Source of the DNA: Nostoc sp. PCC 7120 = FACHB-418
GTDB taxonomy: Bacteria > Cyanobacteriota > Cyanobacteriia > Cyanobacteriales > Nostocaceae
DNA: 32,000 nucleotides
Direction: 5' to 3'
Assembly (NCBI RefSeq): GCF_000009705.1
Contig: NC_003272.1
Span: 3,420,001 to 3,452,000, forward strand
This document shows, piece after piece, positions 24,428-32,000 of the stretch (the stretch's first letter is position 1; each line of letters opens with the position of its first letter). A model generated the notes under the pieces. That model ran no database searches. It was given only the letters and a program-made list of their open reading frames with translations, and was not told where the DNA came from. Made by a program: the position numbers and the translations under genes.

Positions 24428-25441
24428 ATGAATAAATTACTCACAATTGCTCTCCCCACATATAATCGAGCTAAGTTACTGGATCAACAATTAGCATGGC
24501 TAGCTAAATCCATCAAAGGTTTTGAATCTGAATGTGAAATCATTATTTCTGATAACTGTTCAGAAGATAACACACAAGAAATTGTGAAAAAATGGCAGAT
24601 GGCTTTGCCAGAAACAACTTTTCACTCCCACAGAAACAGTCAAAATCTGGGAGTGATGAGAAATATTGCTTATTGTCTTAATGCTGCAACTAGCCAATAT
24701 GTTTGGACAATCAGCGATGATGATAAAATCGAAGATGCAACGATTTCTTACCTCATCAACACATTAAAGACATCAGTTAATTTAGGTTTGCTGATTTTAA
24801 ATTTTTCTTGTCGCCATGAAGTGACGGGTGAGTTATTGTACCAAAGCTGCTACCAAATTGAAGATGAAGTTGTTGAGTCTGATGGGAGAGCAGTTTTTGA
24901 ACATTGTATCCAAGAAAATCGCTCTGGCGTACAACTAATGTCAGCCCAAGTATATAGAACAGATTTGGCACAACGTGCATTAAAAACCTGGTCTGATGGG
25001 GTGAATAATTTAGATTACCAAGTATATTTAACTGGGTTCTGTGCTTTTCATGGAAGTGTCAGAATCAGCAAAGATGTGTATCTAGAAAATGCTTTTGGTG
25101 CTAGCCATTGGATGGTTAAACCAAAAATGTTGCTAAAAATGCAATATACATATTCCCCAGAAGTAAATATCAAGCTGAAAGAAATAGGCTATTCAGATAG
25201 TTTTTGCAGAAACCTGGTTATCAATCATTTCAATAATAATAATTGGCGAGTTTTATTAGGGGCTTTAAGAAGATGGCCTGTTCTAGCATTGACCACAGTT
25301 ATTCCATACTTTGGGCTAGTTAGTTTATCAGTTTTAGAAACTATTATTCTTACTAAAGAAGGGGTTTCACAAGAAGTCATCAGCAGGAGTAATAGCAACA
25401 ACAGACGTGACTTCATAAAATCTAATAGCAAGACAAAGTGA
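24428..25441 (+). CDS. Family 2 glycosyltransferase (GT-A fold)
   Basis: ORF 24422 trimmed to ATG 24428. It has LTIALPTYNRAKLL, ISDNCSEDNT and the ISDDDK DxD motif. The C-terminal hydrophobic segment is VLALTTVIPYFGLVSLSVLETII. Confidence 0.85.
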   Translation: MNKLLTIALPTYNRAKLLDQQLAWLAKSIKGFESECEIIISDNCSEDNTQEIVKKWQMALPETTFHSHRNSQNLGVMRNIAYCLNAATSQYVWTISDDDKIEDATISYLINTLKTSVNLGLLILNFSCRHEVTGELLYQSCYQIEDEVVESDGRAVFEHCIQENRSGVQLMSAQVYRTDLAQRALKTWSDGVNNLDYQVYLTGFCAFHGSVRISKDVYLENAFGASHWMVKPKMLLKMQYTYSPEVNIKLKEIGYSDSFCRNLVINHFNNNNWRVLLGALRRWPVLALTTVIPYFGLVSLSVLETIILTKEGVSQEVISRSNSNNRRDFIKSNSKTK

Positions 25442-25448
25442 GCATTCT

Positions 25449-26261
25449 ATGTTAACTACGGTCAAAGAGAAAATTGAAGCGCTAAATTCAGAAGTTTCTT
25501 ATAGAGTCAAACTCTGGCAATATGCTCCCAAGCTACCTACAATAGAATCACGCGATCGCCAGATTGTTGATACTCTTAAAAGTGAGGGAATTTACGTCAC
25601 TACACTACAAGAGTTAGGACTTCCATCCACAGCACAATTACTTAAAGCTTCTCATGCTTTATTACCCAGCATGGGACAAGGTAACTATCAAGATTCATCC
25701 CAAAATCCCCCAGAAATCTACACAGTTACCCACATACCAGATTTTCATAATTGGGGAAGTGAATCAAGATTATTGAATATTCTAGAAAATTATATTGGTC
25801 TTCCCGTCGCCTATCATGGTGTACAAATTCGCAAAGATTTTGTAAACGCCAATCAATTCAGTACAATGTTATGGCATAGAGATTCAGAAGATCGCCGCAT
25901 TGTCAAAATCATCATTTACTTAAATGATGTAGAAGAAAAACACGGGCCTTTTGAATATGTACCAGTATCTTTTACTTCTGTAGATAGTTTGAATTTTTAT
26001 CGACTGTACCAAAAGATTCATAAGTCGGGTATCAACGATGAGGCATTAAATAAAATTGTTCCTAAATCAGCTTGGAAGTCATGTATTGGCCCAGCAGGAA
26101 CTGTAATTATTGCTGATACCCAAAGACTTTTACATCATGGCACAGTCCGCACAGAAGAACGTTCAACGCTGTTCTATGCCTACACTGCTAACCCCGCCAA
26201 AAGACCAGGGCTTTGTACTCAATATTGGGATGATACTTTTCCTAAACCAAATTATAGCTAA
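25449..26261 (+). CDS. Hypothetical protein, possibly a 2OG-Fe(II)/PhyH-like oxygenase
   Basis: Clean 270-aa ORF beginning 7 nt after the GT2 stop. The candidate facial triad is WHRDSED (HxD) plus LLHHGT (distal His), with a downstream Arg (RSTLFY). The assignment rests on motifs only. Confidence 0.6.
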   Translation: MLTTVKEKIEALNSEVSYRVKLWQYAPKLPTIESRDRQIVDTLKSEGIYVTTLQELGLPSTAQLLKASHALLPSMGQGNYQDSSQNPPEIYTVTHIPDFHNWGSESRLLNILENYIGLPVAYHGVQIRKDFVNANQFSTMLWHRDSEDRRIVKIIIYLNDVEEKHGPFEYVPVSFTSVDSLNFYRLYQKIHKSGINDEALNKIVPKSAWKSCIGPAGTVIIADTQRLLHHGTVRTEERSTLFYAYTANPAKRPGLCTQYWDDTFPKPNYS

Positions 26262-26345
26262 AGTTCCTGTTTAGCTTATTCATCTTTGTAAAGACTAAGT
26301 GATTAGTCATTATTCTCCCATCATTAATTCATAGTTGAGAAACCC

Positions 26346-26915
26346 ATGATTTTTACCGCTACATCACTCAAAGACGCATTTATTATTGATTTAGAAGAAA
26401 AACCAGATCATCGTGGTTTTTTTGCCAGAACTTTTTGTGCTAATGAATTTGCCAATCATGGTTTAAAACCAGTAGTTGCTCAGTGTAACTTATCTTATAA
26501 CTATAAAAAAGGTACACTGCGGGGGATGCACTATCAACTCAGACCAGCCGCCGAAACAAAATTAATTCGTTGTATTAAAGGCGCTATCTACGATGTAATT
26601 ATTGATATGCGTCCCGAATCACCGACATTTTTATCACATATTGGTGTAGAACTCACGGCTGATAATCGTCGCGCTTTGTATGTACCAGAGATGTTTGCTC
26701 ATGGTTATCAAGCCCTCACCGATGATGCAGAAGTGGTTTATCAAGTAGGTGAATTTTATACCCCAGGATATGAAAAAGGCCTGCGTTACAATGACCCATT
26801 CTTTAATATTGAATGGCCTTTAGATGTCACTGTAATTTCTGACAAGGATGCCAGTTGGCCTTTGTTAGAAACTATCCCTATCGGTAGCCCAGACCCAGTA
26901 GAAGCAGTTTGTTAA
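26346..26915 (+). CDS. dTDP-4-dehydrorhamnose 3,5-epimerase family (RmlC-like cupin) sugar-nucleotide epimerase
   Basis: DHRGFFARTF, GTLRGMHYQ, KLIRCIKGAIYDVIIDMR and FAHGYQAL are the canonical RmlC blocks. Confidence 0.9.
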   Translation: MIFTATSLKDAFIIDLEEKPDHRGFFARTFCANEFANHGLKPVVAQCNLSYNYKKGTLRGMHYQLRPAAETKLIRCIKGAIYDVIIDMRPESPTFLSHIGVELTADNRRALYVPEMFAHGYQALTDDAEVVYQVGEFYTPGYEKGLRYNDPFFNIEWPLDVTVISDKDASWPLLETIPIGSPDPVEAVC

Positions 26916-26984
26916 AAAATACTGAGTTGTGAGTAAGATATTCTGCTTCTGTTGCTTGTTTTAGAAAATAAAGGATTAAGCAAA

Positions 26985-28298
26985 ATGATTATTATTGATA
27001 ACGCCTTAAAAGCTCGTGCTGCTGCTGGTAATCCCGTGAAAGTGGGAATGATTGGCGCTGGTTTTATGGGTCGGGGTATTGCCAACCAAATTATTAATTC
27101 CGTTCCAGGGATGGAATTAGTTGCTATTTCTAACCGCAGTATTGATGGTGCGAAACGAGCTTATAGCGAAGCTGGTATCGAAGATATTGAAATTGTGGAT
27201 TCTGTCGGTGAGTTAGAAAGTGCGATCGCTCAAGGTAAGTATACTATTACCGAAGATGCCACAATCATCTGCCAAGCCGACGGTATCGACGCAATTATCG
27301 AAGTCACCGGTGCAGTAGAATTTGGCGCTCATGTGGTCATGGAAGCGATCGCCCACCGCAAACACGTTATCATGATGAATGCGGAACTTGACGGTACAAT
27401 CGGCCCCATTCTCAAAGTATATGCAGACAAAGCTGGCGTGATTCTCAGTGCTTGTGATGGCGACCAACCAGGGGTACAGATGAACCTTTACCGATTTGTC
27501 CAAAGCATTGGTCTGACTCCCTTGCTTTGCGGTAACATCAAAGGCTTGCAAGACCCCTACCGCAACCCCACCACCCAAGAAGGATTCGCCAAGCGTTGGG
27601 GACAAAAAGCCCACATGGTAACCAGCTTTGCTGATGGTAGCAAAATTTCCTTTGAACAGGCGATCGTGGCTAACGCTACAGGTATGAAAGTAGCCAAGCG
27701 GGGAATGTTGGGATATGACTTCACCGGTCATGTTGATGAGATGACCAATATGTACGATGTGGAACAACTCAAGCAACTAGGCGGTATTGTTGATTATGTA
27801 GTCGGCGCAAAACCCGGCCCTGGTGTATATGTGTTTGCAACTCACGACGACCCCAAACAACGCCATTACCTCAACCTCTACAAATTAGGCGAAGGCCCCC
27901 TCTATAGCTTCTATACCCCCTACCACCTGTGCCATTTTGAAGTTCCTTTATCTGTAGCCCGTGCAGTCCTCTTCTCTGATGCTGTCATGGCTCCTCTAGC
28001 AGGCCCCTCGGTAGATGTTATCACCACTGCCAAAATAGACCTCAAAGCAGGGGAAACCTTAGATGGCATTGGTTACTACATGACCTATGGACAATGTGAA
28101 AATTCCGATATCGTCCAACAGCAAAACCTCTTACCAATGGGTCTAGCAGAAGGATGTCGTCTCAAACGTGATGTTCCTAAAGATCAAGTCCTCACCTACG
28201 ATGATGTAGAACTACCAGAAGGCAGACTTTGTGACCAACTACGAGCCGAGCAAGACAAATATTTTGCCCCAGAAAAAGTTCTGGTAACTGTTGGTTAA
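26985..28298 (+). CDS. NAD(P)-dependent oxidoreductase with a C-terminal SAF-like domain (COG4091 / homoserine-dehydrogenase-like)
   Basis: ORF 26952 trimmed to ATG 26985 (AAGGA 9 nt upstream). It has the Rossmann block VKVGMIGAGFMGRGI. The overall size and the C-terminal block DLKAGETLDGIG fit the SAF-domain oxidoreductases found in sugar clusters. Confidence 0.8.
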   Translation: MIIIDNALKARAAAGNPVKVGMIGAGFMGRGIANQIINSVPGMELVAISNRSIDGAKRAYSEAGIEDIEIVDSVGELESAIAQGKYTITEDATIICQADGIDAIIEVTGAVEFGAHVVMEAIAHRKHVIMMNAELDGTIGPILKVYADKAGVILSACDGDQPGVQMNLYRFVQSIGLTPLLCGNIKGLQDPYRNPTTQEGFAKRWGQKAHMVTSFADGSKISFEQAIVANATGMKVAKRGMLGYDFTGHVDEMTNMYDVEQLKQLGGIVDYVVGAKPGPGVYVFATHDDPKQRHYLNLYKLGEGPLYSFYTPYHLCHFEVPLSVARAVLFSDAVMAPLAGPSVDVITTAKIDLKAGETLDGIGYYMTYGQCENSDIVQQQNLLPMGLAEGCRLKRDVPKDQVLTYDDVELPEGRLCDQLRAEQDKYFAPEKVLVTVG

Positions 28299-28338
28299 GG
28301 GAACACCAAAAAATGAATTAGCCACAATTGATTGTTTG

Positions 28339-28402
28339 GTAGGGTGCGTCAGTATGAAGATTTCTGAGTATAGTTAGGTTCTATCGCACTGACGCACCCT
28401 AC
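28339..28402. repeat. Perfect 15-bp inverted repeat GTAGGGTGCGTCAGT ... ACTGACGCACCCTAC with a 34-nt loop (dispersed Nostoc hairpin repeat)
   Basis: Read directly. It lies 41 nt after the oxidoreductase stop and belongs to the same family as 20824..20858. Confidence 0.85.
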
Positions 28403-28413
28403 TGGATAGTCTA

Positions 28414-28434
28414 TTACCAATTACCAATTACCCA
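28414..28434. repeat. Heptamer array TTACCAA TTACCAA TTACCCA
   Basis: Read directly. Confidence 0.8.
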
Positions 28435-28437
28435 TCT

Positions 28438-28469
28438 CAAAAACGCCCCCCTTCCATCAAAAGGGGGGC
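28438..28469 (-). terminator. Intrinsic terminator oriented for minus-strand transcription
   Basis: The 9-bp GC-rich stem GCCCCCCTT / AAGGGGGGC (28445..28453 and 28461..28469) has a 7-nt loop. On the minus strand it is followed by GTTTTTG. On the plus strand no T-run follows. Confidence 0.6.
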
Positions 28470-28704
28470 TGAAGCTATCTGACAACAATTAATTTCATAA
28501 TTAAATAGCAAAATAATTCAAAAGATAGAATCAATTTTGAGTTTATTTGTAAATACTATTATTTACTAGCGCGCATCACTTCTGATTCTACAAAATTCGA
28601 TAAATGTATCAAAAAATAGTTAAAAAATATCATCCAAAATACCAAAATAATGACTGATATCTGCTGAAATATTTTAAGGGAAATACTTACAAACTTAGAC
28701 TGAT

Positions 28705-29793
28705 ATGAAAGTTGCTCTAGTCCATGATTATTTGACCCAGCGCGGTGGGGCAGAACGGGTATTTGAATTACTTTGTAAACGCTATCCTGAAGCTGATATT
28801 TTTACATCATTGTATGACCCGCAAAAAACTATTGATATGGGTGAGCGGATAGTTAACACAACATTCTTGCAAAAAATCCCTGGTGCAGCCAAATACTTTA
28901 GATTGATGGCTCCTTTATATTTTCCTGCCTTTCGGGCATTAGATTTGCAAGATTATGACTTAATTATTAGCAGTAGCACCAGCTTCGCCAAAGCAGTTAG
29001 GAAAAAACCAGGTGCTAAACATATTTGCTTTTGTCATAATGTCACCCGTTTTCTATGGGATACAGAAACTTATTTAAGAGAGTATAGTGATTATAGATAT
29101 TTGTCAGTTTTAATCGAAAAAGTATTTCAGTTAATGCGAGATGTAGACCTGAAATATGCTCAGGAACCTGATATTTATATTGCTAACTCCAGCACTGTTG
29201 CCCGTCGTATTCAACAGATTTATGGCAAACAAGCAATAATGATTAACTATCCAATTGATACCAGTAACTTTGTTTTCTCTGATACAAAAGACGAATATTA
29301 CTTGGCATCAGCACGGATGATTAGTTATAAACGTCTGGATATTATAGTCGAGGCTTTTAATTGGCTAGGATGGCCATTAATCATCTCCGGGGATGGGCCA
29401 GAAAGAGAAAGATTACAAGCCAAAGCTTTGGATAATATTAAATTTTTAGGTCATGTTAGTGACAACCAACGCAAAGAATTATTTTCTAAAGCTAAATCTA
29501 TTATCGTAGCCGCTTTAGAAGACTATGGTTTAGTCCCTGTAGAGGCTAATGCTAGTGGTACACCAGTGATTGCTTTTGGTGCAGGTGGAGTCTTAGACAC
29601 TCAAATAAACGGTCAGACTGGCGTATTTTTCAAACGACAAACACCAGAATCTTTACAAAAAGCATTATTAGAGTCCGGAGAAATCACTTGGGATTATGAA
29701 AATATTCGTAATCATGCTGTGAATAATTTTTCTGAGCCAGTTTTCTTTAGTAAAGTTGAGCGAGTTATTACTCAAACTTGTAGCCTCAATTAA
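28705..29793 (+). CDS. Family 4 (group 1) glycosyltransferase
   Basis: MKVALVHDYLTQRGGAERV N-terminus and the GT4 E-x7-E block EDYGLVPVEANASGTPVIAFGAGG. Confidence 0.9.
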   Translation: MKVALVHDYLTQRGGAERVFELLCKRYPEADIFTSLYDPQKTIDMGERIVNTTFLQKIPGAAKYFRLMAPLYFPAFRALDLQDYDLIISSSTSFAKAVRKKPGAKHICFCHNVTRFLWDTETYLREYSDYRYLSVLIEKVFQLMRDVDLKYAQEPDIYIANSSTVARRIQQIYGKQAIMINYPIDTSNFVFSDTKDEYYLASARMISYKRLDIIVEAFNWLGWPLIISGDGPERERLQAKALDNIKFLGHVSDNQRKELFSKAKSIIVAALEDYGLVPVEANASGTPVIAFGAGGVLDTQINGQTGVFFKRQTPESLQKALLESGEITWDYENIRNHAVNNFSEPVFFSKVERVITQTCSLN

Positions 29794-29909
29794 ATCAGTA
29801 ACTAGCTAAAAAGTGCTGAGTGGAAAATATCACTTATCGCTCAACCCTCATTACTGATTACTCAACATTCATTTATTTTATTAGCGTCTCGAATACAAGG
29901 ATCATCAAA

Positions 29910-32000
29910 GTGGTTCAAACTAATCTAAGTACAAATATAAACAGCGCTGATTCAGAACCCAGTTACGGCAAAATCTTTTCAGTTTTTCTGCGTAGGTCTC
30001 CTTGGTTCTTAACGGCATTTTTAACAACAATTGCCCTAGCAGCCCTGATGACTGCAAGAACCAAGCCTACTTACAAAAGCACAATGCAACTGTTAGTAGA
30101 ACCTAACTATCAAGGTAAGAGAGAGGGTGGTACTCCAGAGACTCAGTTTCTCGAACCCGATATACAAATAGATACTGCTACACAACTGAACTTGATGCAA
30201 AGTTCAGGACTAATTCACAAAGCAGTTGACAAATTGAAATCAGAATATCCAAATATTACTGTAGCTGATATTAAAAATGCCTTAGTCTTAAATCAAGTTA
30301 GGACAAAAGAGGATAATGTCGCTACGAAAATTTTTCAAGTAGATTATACTTCTGGCGACCCTGAAGAGACTCAAAAAGTTCTCAGTGCTATCAGGCAAGT
30401 CTATGTGGAATATAACAAACAGCAGCAAGACAACCGACTCAAAAAAGGTCTGCAAGTTATTAGAGAACAGTTGAGCAAAGCCAGTGAAGAAGTGAATGCG
30501 GCTGAAGCCAACTTGCAAAGATTTCGCAGAAACCAAAATCTAATTAACCCAGAAGAGCAAGCAAAAGCTCTAGAAGTTGCTTTAAATACTATTGAGCAAG
30601 AACGTCGTACTACTCGTTCTACATACGAAGAGGCTTTAGCAAAACAAAAATCTTTAGAGGAGCAATTAAATCGTTCTCCCAAAAATGCTTTAGTTACTTC
30701 TCGTTTGAGTCAGTCCGTCCGCTATCAAGGCTTACTCAATGAAATTCAAAAAACAGAACTGTTATTAGCTCAAGAGCGTTTACGCTTCACCGATGAAACC
30801 CCCAGTGTCCAGAAGCTGAAAGAACAGTTGCAGAGCCAAAAAGAATTATTGCAACAGGAAGTAGGTAGGACTCTAGGTGTTAAATCTGCTAATGCCTTCC
30901 GTGGAGCAGAACCGCTTTTAGAACAGGGACAGTTTGGTGAAATTGATCTAACTCTGGCTAGTCAGTTAGTAGAAACCCAGACAACGATAGTTTCATTGAC
31001 TGCCCGTGATCAAACTCTGGCACAGAAAGAAAATCAATTACGCCTGGAAATTAAACGTTTCCCGCCCCTGTTAGCTTATTACAATCGGATACAACCACAG
31101 TTGCAATTCAGTCGTGAGCGACTAGAGCAGTTATTACGGGCAGAACAACAACTACGGCAAGAACTGGCTAAAGGCGGATTTAACTGGGAAGTGGTGGAAG
31201 AACCCCAGTTAGGGATGAAACTAGGCCCAAATCTCCAACAGAATTTGATGTTGGGTGCAGTTGTTGGGTTAATGCTGGGAGGTATTGCTGCCTTTATTCG
31301 AGAAGCTGCTGATGATTCTGTTCACACCACAGCTGAGTTGGAAAAACAAGTAGCTTTACCTTTATTAGGAAGCACCCCGAAATTGCCCCCGGCGAAGAGC
31401 AGAGAATCAGTGATCAAGTTGCCTTTTGGCAAGCCTGAGGTTTTAGGGCCTTGGACTGTAGAGGTGCTACAATCTTCCATCCGTTGGGAATCGTTGGATC
31501 TGATTTACAAAAATATCGAGTTGTTAAACTCGGTATCTAGCTTGAAGTCATTGATGATTACCTCACCTCTGCTGGATAGAGGTAAATCTGGTTTGGCGTT
31601 GGGTTTGGCAATGAGTGCAGCCCGGTTACACAAACGGGTGCTACTGATTGATGCAAATTTGCGAGATCCTAGCCTCCATGAACATCTCAATCTTCCCAAC
31701 GACCAAGGGCTATCAACGTTGTTAGCCAGTGAAATTACTTTACCCGAACAGATTGGTATTCATAACGTAGGTTCAGCCTACATCGATATTTTGACGGCTG
31801 GCCCCTCGCCTAGTGACTCAGCAAATCTCTTGAGTTCTCCACGGATGAAACAGTTAATGGCAGCATTTGAAGAGAACTACGATTTGGTGATTATTGATGC
31901 GCCACCAGTGATAGGTCTAGTAGATGCTTTGTTGACAGCATCATCTTGTAGAAGTGTGGTGATGGTAGCTAGTCTGGGAAAAGTGACTCGCAATCAAATC
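29910..32000 (+). CDS. Wzc/GumC-like polysaccharide co-polymerase fused to a BY-kinase-type P-loop domain; partial, continues past the right edge
   Basis: Absent from the ORF track because no stop falls in the window. GTG 29910 has AAGGA 8 nt upstream. The open frame runs 697 codons to the edge. It contains TM1 (WFLTAFLTTIALAALM), a Wzz block (PTYKSTMQLLVEP), a long coiled-coil periplasmic region, TM2 (LMLGAVVGLMLGGIAAFI), and then Walker-like motifs DRGKSG, LLIDANLRDP and VIIDAPPV. Confidence 0.85.
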   Translation, partial: MVQTNLSTNINSADSEPSYGKIFSVFLRRSPWFLTAFLTTIALAALMTARTKPTYKSTMQLLVEPNYQGKREGGTPETQFLEPDIQIDTATQLNLMQSSGLIHKAVDKLKSEYPNITVADIKNALVLNQVRTKEDNVATKIFQVDYTSGDPEETQKVLSAIRQVYVEYNKQQQDNRLKKGLQVIREQLSKASEEVNAAEANLQRFRRNQNLINPEEQAKALEVALNTIEQERRTTRSTYEEALAKQKSLEEQLNRSPKNALVTSRLSQSVRYQGLLNEIQKTELLLAQERLRFTDETPSVQKLKEQLQSQKELLQQEVGRTLGVKSANAFRGAEPLLEQGQFGEIDLTLASQLVETQTTIVSLTARDQTLAQKENQLRLEIKRFPPLLAYYNRIQPQLQFSRERLEQLLRAEQQLRQELAKGGFNWEVVEEPQLGMKLGPNLQQNLMLGAVVGLMLGGIAAFIREAADDSVHTTAELEKQVALPLLGSTPKLPPAKSRESVIKLPFGKPEVLGPWTVEVLQSSIRWESLDLIYKNIELLNSVSSLKSLMITSPLLDRGKSGLALGLAMSAARLHKRVLLIDANLRDPSLHEHLNLPNDQGLSTLLASEITLPEQIGIHNVGSAYIDILTAGPSPSDSANLLSSPRMKQLMAAFEENYDLVIIDAPPVIGLVDALLTASSCRSVVMVASLGKVTRNQI

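Noticed and set aside
617-26984. N-terminal extensions proposed by the ORF track at 617, 3525(-), 3545, 12316, 16630, 17506, 18327, 23313, 24422 and 26952.
   Set aside because: In each case the extension begins at a non-ATG codon or reads through repeat or low-complexity sequence. An internal ATG gives an N-terminus typical of the family: HetP 159 aa, MKILVTGTEGYLG for the SDR, MKVLRYL after the repeat element for the kinase. TTG 16630 for the vWA gene remains a live alternative because of its AGGA at -9.
27213-27776. 187-aa minus-strand ORF inside the COG4091-like oxidoreductase gene. Similar antisense ORFs occur at 22712-23243, 23738-23971, 1169-1432, 1630-1872, 20055-20330 and 30288-30682.
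   Set aside because: All are antisense shadows of genes that have strong motif support. They carry no independent start signals or motifs.
1-32000. Scan for tRNA/rRNA genes, CRISPR arrays, transposase/integrase genes, toxin-antitoxin pairs and prophage remnants.
   Set aside because: I found no T-loop/acceptor-like tRNA signatures, no regularly spaced 25-40 bp direct repeats with unique spacers, and no ORFs with DDE/tyrosine-recombinase motifs. The only mobile-looking items are non-coding MITE-like and STRR repeats. A by-eye scan can miss short or degenerate elements.

Overview
The window reads as chromosomal DNA of a heterocyst-forming Nostocales cyanobacterium. By eye I count more than 20 perfect HIP1 octamers (GCGATCGC), many STRR-type heptamer arrays and several 0.4-1.2 kb AT-rich spacers. 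From memory of the protein sequences it matches the hetC-hetP region and the left part of the HEP (heterocyst envelope polysaccharide) island of Nostoc/Anabaena sp. PCC 7120, roughly alr2817, alr2818 and alr2825 onward. No search could be run to confirm this.

Gene order, left to right:
- Housekeeping and accessory genes: frmA-like class III ADH (partial, minus strand), avtA-like aminotransferase, rimM, a TetR regulator divergent from a Coq4-family gene, and a GH116/GBA2-like beta-glucosidase.
- hetC, preceded by a ~930 bp leader carrying a canonical NtcA box.
- hetP, preceded by a ~1.16 kb leader carrying the HetR palindrome.
- A repeat-rich ~1.1 kb spacer containing one doubtful small ORF.
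- A secreted hypothetical protein.
- A PatA-type (PATAN-REC) response regulator on the minus strand.
- A three-gene vWA / PP2C phosphatase / Ser-Thr kinase-TPR cassette (TerY-P-like triad).
- Nine HEP-island genes: rfbF, an LhgO-like FAD oxidoreductase, an SDR epimerase/dehydratase, a GT2, a 2OG-oxygenase-like protein, an RmlC-like cupin, a COG4091-like oxidoreductase, a GT4, and a Wzc-like co-polymerase/BY-kinase that runs off the right edge.

I saw no tRNA, rRNA, CRISPR array, transposase or integrase.

The best candidate for an uncharacterised system is the vWA-PP2C-kinase triad at 16657-20612. Both of its internal spacers are filled with structured repeats, and it lies between the developmental genes and the polysaccharide island. 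Other points worth follow-up:
- A CDP-sugar pathway in the island whose predicted product does not fit the known HEP sugar composition.
- Repeat-encoded N-terminal sequence in RimM.
- Repeat elements that abut stop codons.
- A candidate divergent sRNA upstream of the GT4 gene.

All start codons were chosen by eye. All homology statements rest on motif recognition, not alignments.
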